NCBI GenBank assembly: GCA_041641295.1
Contig: JBEPYO010000001.1
Coordinates: forward strand, 1,056,001-1,120,000
Direction: 5' to 3'
Source: Nitrososphaerota archaeon
GTDB lineage: Archaea; Thermoproteota; Nitrososphaeria_A; Caldarchaeales; Calditenuaceae
Length of the DNA: 64,000 nucleotides
How positions within the stretch are numbered: the first letter of the stretch is position 1; each line of letters opens with the position of its first letter. Below the pieces are notes generated by a model. The model did not search any database. It had not been told where the DNA came from and worked only from the letters and a program-made list of their open reading frames with translations. Below are positions 40,705 to 50,276 of the stretch, piece after piece. The translations under genes were made by a program, and so were the position numbers.

Positions 40705-41699
40705 ATTCAAGCGGGTCTAAAGAGATAGTCATAGAAGTCTCTGACGAAGAGGAGGCTGAGGAAGCTGTAGCGGCCGGTGCCCCCATACTACTCTATACGG
40801 AGGGCGAGACGCCGGCAAACCTGAAAGTCCGTGCAAAGATATACTCTCTCGGCAGGGAGATTGTTCCAGTCAAGGTATCCAAGCCCAGCGACATTGATGA
40901 GATTGTTAGGCTGGCTCGGACGGGGGTTGGGTCAATACTGGTGGAGACCGCTGACATTAAGATTATTCCGTTGGAGAACATATTGGCCAGTCTTCAAGGG
41001 TCTGGGACGAAGGTTTTCGTGAGGGTTGGGAGTGTCGAAGAGGCTGAAGCCATGCTAGGAGTGCTTGAGAGAGGCGTTGACGGGGTTGTCTACCGGCCAT
41101 CCAGCCCGAGCGAGATTGGTCTTCTCCTCGATATTGTGAGGCAGGTGAGGAGGGTCGAGCTGAGGGCTGCTAGGGTGTCCGACGTCTTCGACGTTGGTAT
41201 GGGTGAGAGGGCGTGCGTTGACACGACATCGATGCTCAGGTATGGTGAGGGGATGCTTGTTGGCAGTATGGCTAGGATGCTCTTCCTCATACACAACGAG
41301 TCAGTGGGCTCAAAGTTCACTCCACCTAGACCCTTCAGGGTAAACGCGGGCGCGGTCCACCTCTACACTCTAGGCCCGACCGGTAAGACACTATACCTCT
41401 CTGAGCTCAAGTCGGGTATGCGGATCCTAATGGTGTCCAAGGATGGGTCTGCGAGAGTTGTCACTGTGGGTAGGGTGAAGATTGAGAGGAGGCCGATGGT
41501 GCAGGTCAACGCTGAGATAGACGGGGTCTTCGGCTCAGTAACGCTTCAGAAGGCTGAGACGATAAGGCTTCTGACAGCTAAGGGCGAGATAGTAGATGTC
41601 ACCTCACTCGCTCGGGGAGAGGAGATATTGGTCTGGCTCTCAAGTAAGGCTGCACGACACATGGGAATGGAGGTAGACGAGTTCATAGATGAGGTCTAG
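40701..41699 (+). CDS. aroB': 3-dehydroquinate synthase II
   Basis: IIPLEN, RACVDT, RPFRVNAGAVH, YLSEL, GRVKIERRP, QKAETIRL, RHMG. Confidence 0.95.
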   Translation: MNSSGSKEIVIEVSDEEEAEEAVAAGAPILLYTEGETPANLKVRAKIYSLGREIVPVKVSKPSDIDEIVRLARTGVGSILVETADIKIIPLENILASLQGSGTKVFVRVGSVEEAEAMLGVLERGVDGVVYRPSSPSEIGLLLDIVRQVRRVELRAARVSDVFDVGMGERACVDTTSMLRYGEGMLVGSMARMLFLIHNESVGSKFTPPRPFRVNAGAVHLYTLGPTGKTLYLSELKSGMRILMVSKDGSARVVTVGRVKIERRPMVQVNAEIDGVFGSVTLQKAETIRLLTAKGEIVDVTSLARGEEILVWLSSKAARHMGMEVDEFIDEV

Positions 41700-42402
41700 C
41701 CTAGCCGAGAAGGTCTGCGTCTCGATAATGCCCAGGAATATCGGAGAATTCGGACAGCTGTGCGAGAGGGCCTTAGAGCTTGGAGCTAGGCTGGTCGAGC
41801 TACGCCTAGACGGTCTACAGGAGGGTGAGATCGGTGGGGCGGCAAGACTGGTCCAAGACATGAGCATTAAAAAGATCATCACACTTCGGCCAAGCTGGGA
41901 GGGTGGACTCTACGCTGGGGACGAGCAGAAGAGATTGGAGCTTTTGAGACGGGTATCAGTGGATGCAGAGTATGTTGATCTTGAGCGCAGGACTGTAGAT
42001 GCTAATCCTAGGCTTGTGGAGGAGCTGCGAAATGTGGGGGTCAAGGTAATCTCCTCCAAGCACTATTTCGGCGAGGCTCCGTCTAGCCTTGAGCTGCGGA
42101 GGGTTGTTGCGGAGGGGTTGGGGATGGCGGATATAGTCAAGGTGGTTAATAATCCGGGGAAAGTGTCGGAGGCTATGGATATTCTCGCGCTCTACTCTGA
42201 GGCCTCTTTCAGGGGTAGGGTTATCTCGTTCAGTATGGGTGAGAGATGGTGCCTCACGCGGGTGCTCAGCGTCCTGCTTGGGGCGCCCTTCACATACGCA
42301 TCTCTACCCGGCCAGCCCGTGGCTCCAGGCCAGCCCAGCTTCCCCGATACTCTAGAGGCCTTGGAGGTGTTCCTGAAGAGTTGGCCCTCTTGGCAGTTAT
42401 AG
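41689..42402 (+). CDS. aroD: Type I 3-dehydroquinate dehydratase
   Basis: VELRLD, ITLR...EGG, SKHYF, FSMG, APGQ. Confidence 0.93.
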   Translation: MRSSLAEKVCVSIMPRNIGEFGQLCERALELGARLVELRLDGLQEGEIGGAARLVQDMSIKKIITLRPSWEGGLYAGDEQKRLELLRRVSVDAEYVDLERRTVDANPRLVEELRNVGVKVISSKHYFGEAPSSLELRRVVAEGLGMADIVKVVNNPGKVSEAMDILALYSEASFRGRVISFSMGERWCLTRVLSVLLGAPFTYASLPGQPVAPGQPSFPDTLEALEVFLKSWPSWQL

Positions 42403-43220
42403 GCTACCCGATATCTCACTCGGCCTCGCCGGTCATGCATAATGCAGCCCTCCGAGCCCTTAACATGCCTAACCGCTACATCGCAATAGAAGCCCGCCCA
42501 GAGAAGCTGCACGAGACCTTGAAGACACTCCACAGACTCGGCTTCAAAGGACTTAACATAACCATCCCACACAAAGAAGCAGCGGCCCAGGTCGCTGTCG
42601 TGCTCTCGGAGGAGGCCGAGACGATAGGCGCCGTAAACACGCTCAAGAGAGTGGAGGATGGCTGGACCGGATACAATACCGACGTCGAAGGCGTCGTGAG
42701 GTGCCTATCCACCCATGTTGAGGGACGTCCCGACCATGTGCTGGTCCTAGGAGCCGGTGGTGCGGCGGCAGCCGCCCTCTATGCCCTGTGGAGAATGGGT
42801 GCTGAGAGGGTGGTTATAGCCAACAGGAGCCGGGGGCGGGCCGAGGTGTTGGCCGGGCGATTCAGGAATAGGTTGGGGCTTAACATCAAAGTAATAGCGC
42901 TAGAGGGTGCCGGACGCGAGGCACGCAGCGCAGAGGTCATAATAAACGCGACACCCCTCGGCCTCACCTACCACGAAAGCCCTATAAGTCCAGGCGACAT
43001 AACCGGGCGCCACATAGTCCTCGACATGGTTTACTCTCCTGTGCCGACGCCACTCCAGAGGGCTGCCGCCAGAGCAGGCGCCCAGTATATTGACGGTGTG
43101 AAGATGCTTGTTGAGCAGGGGGCCAGGGCGTTCGAGATTTTCCACGGTGTCGAGCCTGACAGGTCTTTGATGGAGAGGGCTGTGAGAGCTTGGCTTGAGC
43201 GGCGCGGTGGGCCGGGATGA
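42381..43220 (+). CDS. aroE: Shikimate dehydrogenase
   Basis: GYPISHSASP, NITIPHK, GAVNT, NTD, GAGGAA, NATPLG; TTG start after GGAGGTG. Confidence 0.95.
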   Translation: MALLAVIGYPISHSASPVMHNAALRALNMPNRYIAIEARPEKLHETLKTLHRLGFKGLNITIPHKEAAAQVAVVLSEEAETIGAVNTLKRVEDGWTGYNTDVEGVVRCLSTHVEGRPDHVLVLGAGGAAAAALYALWRMGAERVVIANRSRGRAEVLAGRFRNRLGLNIKVIALEGAGREARSAEVIINATPLGLTYHESPISPGDITGRHIVLDMVYSPVPTPLQRAAARAGAQYIDGVKMLVEQGARAFEIFHGVEPDRSLMERAVRAWLERRGGPG

Positions 43221-44488
43221 TCGTGAGTGTCAGGGCTGAGAGGGTTTCCGGAGAGGTTAGGGCGCCGCCAAGCAAAAGCTACACTCACAGGGCAATCGCG
43301 GCGGCACTCCTAGCACCCGGAAAATCTCGCATATTCAACCCGCTATACTCTCGCGACACAGAAGCGACAATCAACGCCGCAAGACTCTTCGGCGCGATAC
43401 TCCAGCCCCAAAGGGATGGGATCGAGATAGAGGGTGTGGAGCGTCCCAAGACACCCGAGAACGTCATAGACGCGATGAACTCCGGCACTACGCTCAGAAT
43501 AATGACATGCATCGCAGGCCTTACCGAGAGGGGATACACCGTCCTGACCGGTGATGAGAGCCTCCGTAAAAGGCCGATGCAGCCTCTCCTAGACGCCCTC
43601 GGCCAACTGGGCATCAGGTCGTGGTCAGCGAAGCTCGACGGCACAGCACCAATAATCGTTGAGGGCGGAGAGATGGGGGGAGAGTGCAGTATCCGGGGGG
43701 ATATTAGCAGCCAGTTCGTCTCAGGCCTCCTCATAGCAGGACCAGCAGCCGAGAGGCCTATAGCCATCAACATTCAGGGAGACCTAGTCTCAAAACCCTA
43801 CGTCGACTCCACGATAGCGGTCCTCAGACTCTATGGCGCCAAGGTTGAGAGGGAGGGATACAGCCACTTCTACACAGAGCCCGGCGGCTACAGGCCAGCA
43901 GCCTTCACTGTTCCAGGCGACTATGGCCTGGCCGGCTTCATCTTGGCCGCTCCGCTGATGGTGGGTGGGCGGGTCAGGGTGGCTGGTCTTGACCCTGGTC
44001 TTCCGCAGGCCGACTACAGGCTGGTCGAGGTGCTGCGGGCTATGGGTGCAGATGTAAGGGAGGGGGATGGATTCGTCGAGGTGGGTGAGGCGTCTCTAAA
44101 GGGTGTAGACGTAGACCTGAAGGACTCCCCAGACCTCCTACCCATAGTCGCGGCCTTGGCGGCAGTTGCAGAAGGCGAGACAAGAATCCACGGCGTAAAG
44201 CATGCGAGGTTCAAGGAAAGCGATAGAATCCACGTAATAGCCACCGAGCTAGCCAAGACATCAATCCGCGTGGAAGAGGCACCAGACGGGATGGTCATAA
44301 GGGGTGGCAGGCTGAGAGGTGCCCGGCTGGACCCGCGCGGAGACCACAGACTCTTCATGGCATTCACCCTACTCTCACTGGCCACGCAGGGGCTCATCGA
44401 AGTCTTAGACCCAGAGTCAGCAGCAGTCTCCTACCCCAACTTCCTAGACGACCTCAAACTACTAGGGTGCGAGGTTGAGAAGTCATGA
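43217..44488 (+). CDS. aroA: EPSP synthase
   Basis: PPSKSYTHR, NSGTTLR, SSQFVSG, KESDRI, DHR. Confidence 0.97.
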   Translation: MIVSVRAERVSGEVRAPPSKSYTHRAIAAALLAPGKSRIFNPLYSRDTEATINAARLFGAILQPQRDGIEIEGVERPKTPENVIDAMNSGTTLRIMTCIAGLTERGYTVLTGDESLRKRPMQPLLDALGQLGIRSWSAKLDGTAPIIVEGGEMGGECSIRGDISSQFVSGLLIAGPAAERPIAINIQGDLVSKPYVDSTIAVLRLYGAKVEREGYSHFYTEPGGYRPAAFTVPGDYGLAGFILAAPLMVGGRVRVAGLDPGLPQADYRLVEVLRAMGADVREGDGFVEVGEASLKGVDVDLKDSPDLLPIVAALAAVAEGETRIHGVKHARFKESDRIHVIATELAKTSIRVEEAPDGMVIRGGRLRGARLDPRGDHRLFMAFTLLSLATQGLIEVLDPESAAVSYPNFLDDLKLLGCEVEKS

Positions 44489-45591
44489 GTGGAAACATTC
44501 TGGGTAAGAGGTTCGTGGTCGTGAGCTTCGGCGAAAGCCACGGCCGATGCGTCGGAGCGGTAGTGGACGGCTGCCCAGCGGGCCTAAGGCTCTCCGAACA
44601 GGACATACAGACCCTCTTAGACCTGAGGAGGCCTGGACAATCAATCGTCACCACGCAGAGAAGGGAGGAGGACAAGGTGGAGATTTTGAGCGGAGTCTTT
44701 AACGGCTACACCACCGGCGCACCTATCGCCATGCTAGTCTGGAACAAGGATGTGGTCTCCAGAGACTACGACAAGGTGTTGGAGACGCCGAGGCCGGGTC
44801 ACGCAGACTACTTTGCGAGGCTGAAGTACGGGGGCTTCAACGACCACCGGGGCGGCGGAAGGTTCTCGGGGAGGATAACTGCGGGCTTTGTTATGGCTGG
44901 AGCCATAGCCCTGAAGCTGCTGAAGCAGGCACTAGGGGTCGAAGTACTTGCTTACACTAAGCGTATAGCGGGCATCGAGGCTAAGCCCCTCCCCATAGAG
45001 ACTATCAGGGAGAAGAGGTGGCTTAACGAGGTAAGATGCCCAGACGAAAAGGCCGCAGAGGCCATGAAACGCGCAATCCTCGAGGCCAGGTCCTCAGGAG
45101 ACTCTGTGGGCGGAGTCATAGAGTGCGTAGCCCTAAACGTCCCGCCATGCCTCGGCGAGCCCGTCTTCGACTCACTGGACGCAGACCTCTCAAAGGCGCT
45201 GTTCAGCATACCCGCAGTGAAGGGTGTAGAGTTCGGAGCAGGGTTCAGGGCGGCGGATATGAAGGGGTCGGAGCACAACGACCCACTCGGAGTAATAGGC
45301 GGAGAGGTCAGGCCCTTGACCAACAACGCGGGCGGGATAGTCGGCGGCCTCTCAACAGGCAGGGAGATAGTCGTCAGAGTAGCGTTCAAGCCGGCAGCCT
45401 CTATATCTAAGCCCCAACACACACTCAACGTTAAGAAGAGGGAGGTGGAGGAGGTGGTCGTGACCGGGAGACACGATCCATGCGTCGTGCCGAGGGCAGT
45501 CCCAATCGTGGAATCGGTCGTCGGCATCGTCCTAGCTGACCACGCCCTCCGTGCAGGCCTCATACCACCAGTACTAAGAGGTGTAGAGTAG
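44485..45591 (+). CDS. aroC: Chorismate synthase
   Basis: FGESHG, RPGHAD, GGGRFSGR, GRHDPC. Confidence 0.97.
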   Translation: MSGNILGKRFVVVSFGESHGRCVGAVVDGCPAGLRLSEQDIQTLLDLRRPGQSIVTTQRREEDKVEILSGVFNGYTTGAPIAMLVWNKDVVSRDYDKVLETPRPGHADYFARLKYGGFNDHRGGGRFSGRITAGFVMAGAIALKLLKQALGVEVLAYTKRIAGIEAKPLPIETIREKRWLNEVRCPDEKAAEAMKRAILEARSSGDSVGGVIECVALNVPPCLGEPVFDSLDADLSKALFSIPAVKGVEFGAGFRAADMKGSEHNDPLGVIGGEVRPLTNNAGGIVGGLSTGREIVVRVAFKPAASISKPQHTLNVKKREVEEVVVTGRHDPCVVPRAVPIVESVVGIVLADHALRAGLIPPVLRGVE

Positions 45592-46986
45592 TTGGGTAGG
45601 GATGAGATCGAGCGCTTGAGAGAGGAGATAAGGGCGGTGACAGAGGAGATTATTCGAGCCATAGCCAAGAGGAGGCAGCTGGCGGAAAGGCTAGGCGAGA
45701 TAAAGAGAGAGCTGGGATTAGAGCCCGTCGACCTTGACGCGGAGTCGGAACTCAGAGCACAGGTAGCCAAGGCTGCAAAAGAGAGTGGCTTAGACTTGGA
45801 GACCGCCCAGAGGATGCTCAGCCTCCTCATACAAGACGCGATACTCGTCCAGCAGCCACAGAGCAAGCCCAAGATCACCCACATGGACGTCTTCAGGAGG
45901 GCCAAGCAGCTGGAAATGAGCGGCGAGAAAGTATACCACCTCGAAGTCGGTGAGCCGGACCTCGGGGCTCCAAGCCGTGTCGCGGAAGCCCTAAGCTGGG
46001 CGGCCATGAACGGCTTCGCAGCCTATGGTGAGGCTAAGGGTAGGCCGGAGCTGCGGAGGGCGATTAAAGACCTTCTCCGCGAGAGGCTTGGCGTAGACGT
46101 TTCGGAGGACCAGATAGTGGTCACGCCGGGAGGGAGATTCGCGGTATACTTGGCTGCCGCCTCCACGCTGAGGCCAGGCGACCAGGCTGTAATCATAGAC
46201 CCCTCATGGCCCCTTTACAAGCAAGTCGTCGAGATGATGCACTCTAGGAGCCTAGCAATACACACCACGCTGGAGGATGGCTGGCGCCCCAGGCAGGATG
46301 TGCTGGAGAAAATCCTTAGACAGAGGCCGCGGACGGTATTCCTAAACTACCCGAATAATCCCACAGGTGTAACGCTCAGACGCAACGAGTTAGAGGAGCT
46401 TGTCGACGAGGTAAGACGCGCAGGCGCATACCTAGTCAGCGACGAGGTCTACATGGACTACTGCTTCACAGACTTCACTTCAGCCCTCCAGACAGGGTAC
46501 GAGAAGACCATAATGATAAACTCGTTCTCGAAGAGCTGGGGGATGACAGGCTACAGGATAGGATACCTCGTGGCGAGCAGGGAGATAGCGGATAGGGCTG
46601 CCAGAATACTGTCCCAGCTAATAACCTGCGTCCCCGAGTTCATACAGATGGCCTCGATAAAGGCTATCGAGGATAGGGAGACACCTAGGAGATATGGCGA
46701 GATAATGAAGCGGCGGATAGAAATGGTGTGCAAGGAACTCGACAGAATCGGCGCAACATACGTAAAGCCTAACGGAGGCATGTACGTCTTCCCCAAGATC
46801 GGGGACGAAGGCTTCGACTCGGCAGAGTTCGCCCTAAACCTCCTAGAGACTGCCAAGGTCGCAGTTGCCCCAGGCACAGCATTCGGCGACTATCCAGAAT
46901 ACATCAGAATATCTGTGGGGCTAGGCGACGAAGACCTTAGGAAAGGATTACAAGTGCTAGCTGAAAACCTCCAGAAAACCCGATAA
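45592..46986 (+). CDS. Chorismate mutase (AroQ) fused to a class I/II PLP aminotransferase
   Basis: LREEI...IAKRRQLA..LGEIK...D; VGEPD, YPNNPTG, SDEVY, SFSKSWGMTGYRIG. Confidence 0.9.
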   Translation: MGRDEIERLREEIRAVTEEIIRAIAKRRQLAERLGEIKRELGLEPVDLDAESELRAQVAKAAKESGLDLETAQRMLSLLIQDAILVQQPQSKPKITHMDVFRRAKQLEMSGEKVYHLEVGEPDLGAPSRVAEALSWAAMNGFAAYGEAKGRPELRRAIKDLLRERLGVDVSEDQIVVTPGGRFAVYLAAASTLRPGDQAVIIDPSWPLYKQVVEMMHSRSLAIHTTLEDGWRPRQDVLEKILRQRPRTVFLNYPNNPTGVTLRRNELEELVDEVRRAGAYLVSDEVYMDYCFTDFTSALQTGYEKTIMINSFSKSWGMTGYRIGYLVASREIADRAARILSQLITCVPEFIQMASIKAIEDRETPRRYGEIMKRRIEMVCKELDRIGATYVKPNGGMYVFPKIGDEGFDSAEFALNLLETAKVAVAPGTAFGDYPEYIRISVGLGDEDLRKGLQVLAENLQKTR

Positions 46987-46997
46987 CAGAGCGGGAG

Positions 46998-48101
46998 CTA
47001 GACCAGCAGCTGCTCTGTCTTCCCATCGTATATGTGTATCTTACTCTCCTCAAACCCGACCCAGACTTTCTGACCAATCTGCAGCGGTAGAGGAGATGTA
47101 ACCGCCTTGATAATCTCCGAGTCAATCTTAAGGTCTACAACTAAGTTTGCACCCTGATGCTCGACCACGTAAACCTCGCTCTGGAAGACTGAAGAGCTGA
47201 CCCTCTCGAAAGTTATCCGTATATCCTCGGGCCTAACTCCTAAGAAAGCCTCACTAGACTGCGCCCCCCTCAATATGGCTTCGGAATATTCTGGAGAGAG
47301 TGTGTAGCTGAAAGAGCCCGCATCGAGAACTACACTACCTCCCACCTGCTTTATGACTGCCTTTATCATGTTCATCGGTGGGCTTCCGATGAATGTTGCG
47401 ACGAAGGCGTTCGCGGGCCTATTATAGATCGTGTTAGGGTCGTCGTACTGCTGCACCTTACCCCTGTTCATGACTGCAATCTTATCGGCCATAGCCATAG
47501 CCTCGGCCTGATCATGGGTCACGTATACAGTGGTAGTCTTCAACTCCCTCTGAAGCCTCTTAAGCTCGGCTCTCATGAAGAGCCTCAGCTTAGCATCTAG
47601 GTTACTGAGCGGCTCGTCCATGAGGAATACTCGAGGCCTCCTGATAATCGCCCTCCCGAGGGCGACACGCTGCTGCTCACCTCCGCTAAGCTGCCTAGGC
47701 TTCCTATCAAGGAGGTGCGAAATCCCTAGAAGATCCGCAACCTCTTTAACCCGCCGGTCGATCTCCGCCTTTTCAACCTTCCTCATCTTCAGCGGGAAGG
47801 CCAAGTTATCGTAGACCTTCATGTGAGGATAGAGCGCATAATTCTGGAAGACCATCGCTACGTCCCTGTCTTTTGGCGGGAGGTCATTCACTATGCTATC
47901 GCCTATCCATATCTCACCCGCGTCGGGGGTCTCTAAGCCGGCGATACAGCGGAGGGTAGTTGTCTTTCCACACCCTGAAGGCCCCAGCAAGACCACGAAG
48001 TCTCCGTCAGGAATTTCCAGTGTGACACCATCAACCGCCACCACCCTGTCAAACTTCTTGTAAAGGTTCACCAGTCTGACAGAGGCCATCCGAGAATCCA
48101 C
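46998..48101 (-). CDS. MalK-type sugar ABC ATP-binding protein
   Basis: GPSGCGKTT, VFQNYALYPHM, LSGGEQQR, TOBE-like C-terminus; no permease adjacent. Confidence 0.95.
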   Translation of the reverse strand: MDSRMASVRLVNLYKKFDRVVAVDGVTLEIPDGDFVVLLGPSGCGKTTTLRCIAGLETPDAGEIWIGDSIVNDLPPKDRDVAMVFQNYALYPHMKVYDNLAFPLKMRKVEKAEIDRRVKEVADLLGISHLLDRKPRQLSGGEQQRVALGRAIIRRPRVFLMDEPLSNLDAKLRLFMRAELKRLQRELKTTTVYVTHDQAEAMAMADKIAVMNRGKVQQYDDPNTIYNRPANAFVATFIGSPPMNMIKAVIKQVGGSVVLDAGSFSYTLSPEYSEAILRGAQSSEAFLGVRPEDIRITFERVSSSVFQSEVYVVEHQGANLVVDLKIDSEIIKAVTSPLPLQIGQKVWVGFEESKIHIYDGKTEQLLV

Positions 48102-48138
48102 TCCTGAGACGCTTTAATAAGTTTTTTGAGCCTGAAAA

Positions 48139-48867
48139 TCAGGCTCGCAAAGTATTCAGGGATGTTAGAATGGATAGTGCGTCGCGGGTTGTTAGGTGAT
48201 ATATCCGCTTGTTCGCCAGCTCTTGTGGCGGCTCATACCCCATCCTCCTCAATACTTTCCCCACCACATGCCTTCTGTCTGTGAATATTTGTTTTAGGAG
48301 TCTGAGCTGGGTGGCTTCGAGTGGTGTTTGATCGTTTCTCAGCAGCCTTACTATGCTGGAAGCAACCCTTGGTCTTGGCCTAAAGGCGGATGGGGGTATC
48401 GTGTCTAGGACCTCAACCTTGTAGAAGAGCTGAGAGAGCAGGCTGATGTATAGATAATCTCTATAGCCGGGCGGGGAGGATAGTTTCCTAGCAAACTCTC
48501 TCTGAAGCGTCATGACCACCAAGCGTGGCGTTGGTCTCGAGGCTATCCATTCGATGAGTGGTCTGGATATGTGGTAGGGGGGATTGCCGACGATCATTGT
48601 GAAATTTTCGGGGTTGAGCTGTAGGACGTCACCCGTGACTACCTCGACGTTAGGCCAGCCCCTCAGCCTCTGCCGCGCCTCCGCCGCGAGCCTAGGGTCT
48701 ATCTCCACTGCTAGGACTCTGCATCCCCGCTCAGCTAGGAGCTCGGTAAGCCTTCCATCTCCACAGCCAGGCTCAAGTACTATGTCGTTTGCGGTAGGGT
48801 TGGCGAGTTCGACGAGCCTTTCGAGCACTCGTCTGCTTATGGTGAGGTGTTGGCTCAGTCTTGTCAT
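48139..48867 (-). CDS. rsmA: 16S rRNA adenine dimethyltransferase KsgA/Dim1
   Basis: LSQHL, LEPGCGDG, GNPPYHIS, QREFA, FRPRPRV. Confidence 0.92.
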   Translation of the reverse strand: MTRLSQHLTISRRVLERLVELANPTANDIVLEPGCGDGRLTELLAERGCRVLAVEIDPRLAAEARQRLRGWPNVEVVTGDVLQLNPENFTMIVGNPPYHISRPLIEWIASRPTPRLVVMTLQREFARKLSSPPGYRDYLYISLLSQLFYKVEVLDTIPPSAFRPRPRVASSIVRLLRNDQTPLEATQLRLLKQIFTDRRHVVGKVLRRMGYEPPQELANKRIYHLTTRDALSILTSLNTLRA

Positions 48868-49451
48868 ATGCTCTGATGCGCTGGGGGTCGGGTGAATAGC
48901 CAGTGCTTAGTGTTGGGGTCGGATAGTTCTTGAATTATTCTCCTAATTATTATCTTGTCTACGTTCTGTATTCCTACCCTCTTCTCTATGTCTTCGAAGC
49001 TTTTGAACGGCTCTTTGTTTCTCTCCTCGATAATGCGCATGGAGAGTTTTCTGCCTATTCCGGGGAGGGCCTCTAGTGCATGCAGCCTCGGGGTTAGTGG
49101 TCCACAGGTATTGATGAACTGGACGATCCTCTCTTCCCTCGACTTGACAAGCTCCTCGACTGCTCTCTCCAACTCGTATTTAGCGTTCTCTGTCAGCTCA
49201 TGGTAGCCTATCCGCCTAACTATCCTGATAAGGGGGCGAGGCACATCTTTCCCAATGTATATCCGCATTCCCGGCCTTGGGTTTAGACTCTGATTGATAG
49301 CCGCCTCTAAGAGTGTGAAGTGTTCCACACCCAGTACCTGCGCCAGAAGCATGCCCTTCTCTATGTGCGAAGCCCTCTCAAGCCTCGTCGGTGGAAGTAT
49401 ATCAAGGACAATTGCCTCATCCTCGTAAAGTTTTGGCTTGGCACTCCTCAT
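48864..49451 (-). CDS. DUF655 putative RNA-binding protein
   Basis: FTLLE, RLHALEALPGIG, PFKSFEDI; conserved rpl21e-rpoF-DUF655-ksgA order. Confidence 0.92.
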   Translation of the reverse strand: MRSAKPKLYEDEAIVLDILPPTRLERASHIEKGMLLAQVLGVEHFTLLEAAINQSLNPRPGMRIYIGKDVPRPLIRIVRRIGYHELTENAKYELERAVEELVKSREERIVQFINTCGPLTPRLHALEALPGIGRKLSMRIIEERNKEPFKSFEDIEKRVGIQNVDKIIIRRIIQELSDPNTKHWLFTRPPAHQSI

Positions 49452-49459
49452 GACTCTTC

Positions 49460-49834
49460 CTATTCTTGGACTTGCTCTGCGTCAACACCCTCGCGGAGGT
49501 AAGACTCGATTGTCTGGACTATCTCGGAGAGTTTCTGGTCCGAAAAAAGGATGCTTGAGATGAGCCGCTTATAGCCTGAGAGGACAGCCCTAAGCTCGTT
49601 AACATCTCTAGGGCATATGTTCACTACTTGGCAGGCCTCCTCCGGCTCAAGCCCGAACTTCTCCTGAAGCTCCTGCACAAGCTTTTTAGCCCTCTCGGCG
49701 GGGAGCTTCGAAAACGTTGTGACATAGCTGTAGACCCTAAGCTGGAGGGGTGTGAGCTCATCTTTCTTGACGGAGAGTAGCTCCGCGACCTCTGGAATGG
49801 TTATGGGTGTGTAGGATAATATTTTCCTAGGCAC
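49460..49834 (-). CDS. rpoF: RNA polymerase subunit F (Rpo4)
   Basis: YVTTFSKL, VNICP...ELRAVL; synteny. Confidence 0.9.
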   Translation of the reverse strand: MPRKILSYTPITIPEVAELLSVKKDELTPLQLRVYSYVTTFSKLPAERAKKLVQELQEKFGLEPEEACQVVNICPRDVNELRAVLSGYKRLISSILFSDQKLSEIVQTIESYLREGVDAEQVQE

Positions 49835-49841
49835 CTCGCGC

Positions 49842-50156
49842 TCACCCTGTGGATAAAGGTTTAATATGCTCAGGCAGAACGTGTAGCTTCTTCAACTTAC
49901 CTCCCAGCTCGACCTCTACCACATACCCTCTACCTCTCCGCTCCACGACACGACCTACCCTCCCTTGGTATCGCCTATGCGGCATCCCCTTATGAGTTGA
50001 CGGGTCAATATCTATGGCAACGGCCTGACCTATCTCGTACTCTTGGAGGTATACCTCTGGCCTCGGCCCACTTCTCGCACCTACCTCCCTAGTAAAGAGC
50101 CTCCTAGTCCTATGTCTATATCCGCTATGCCTAGTCAACCCTCCTCCTCTACCCAT
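49842..50156 (-). CDS. rpl21e: 50S ribosomal protein L21e
   Basis: GYRHRTR, HKGMPHRRYQGRVG, PEHIK. Confidence 0.96.
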   Translation of the reverse strand: MGRGGGLTRHSGYRHRTRRLFTREVGARSGPRPEVYLQEYEIGQAVAIDIDPSTHKGMPHRRYQGRVGRVVERRGRGYVVEVELGGKLKKLHVLPEHIKPLSTG

Positions 50157-50276
50157 GTAGCAGATGAAGCCCTATATAAACAAGGAGGACTTGTAATAGG
50201 GCCAAGGTGCAAAATCCTATTTTAGACCCAACTATGTTTGGGTTGTCTCAGCATTAGTAAGACCGATAGATGCTGG

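Noticed and set aside
44952-46007. 351-aa minus-strand ORF (likewise 51602..52480 + and 28297..28893 +)
   Set aside because: Antisense shadows of well-supported genes.
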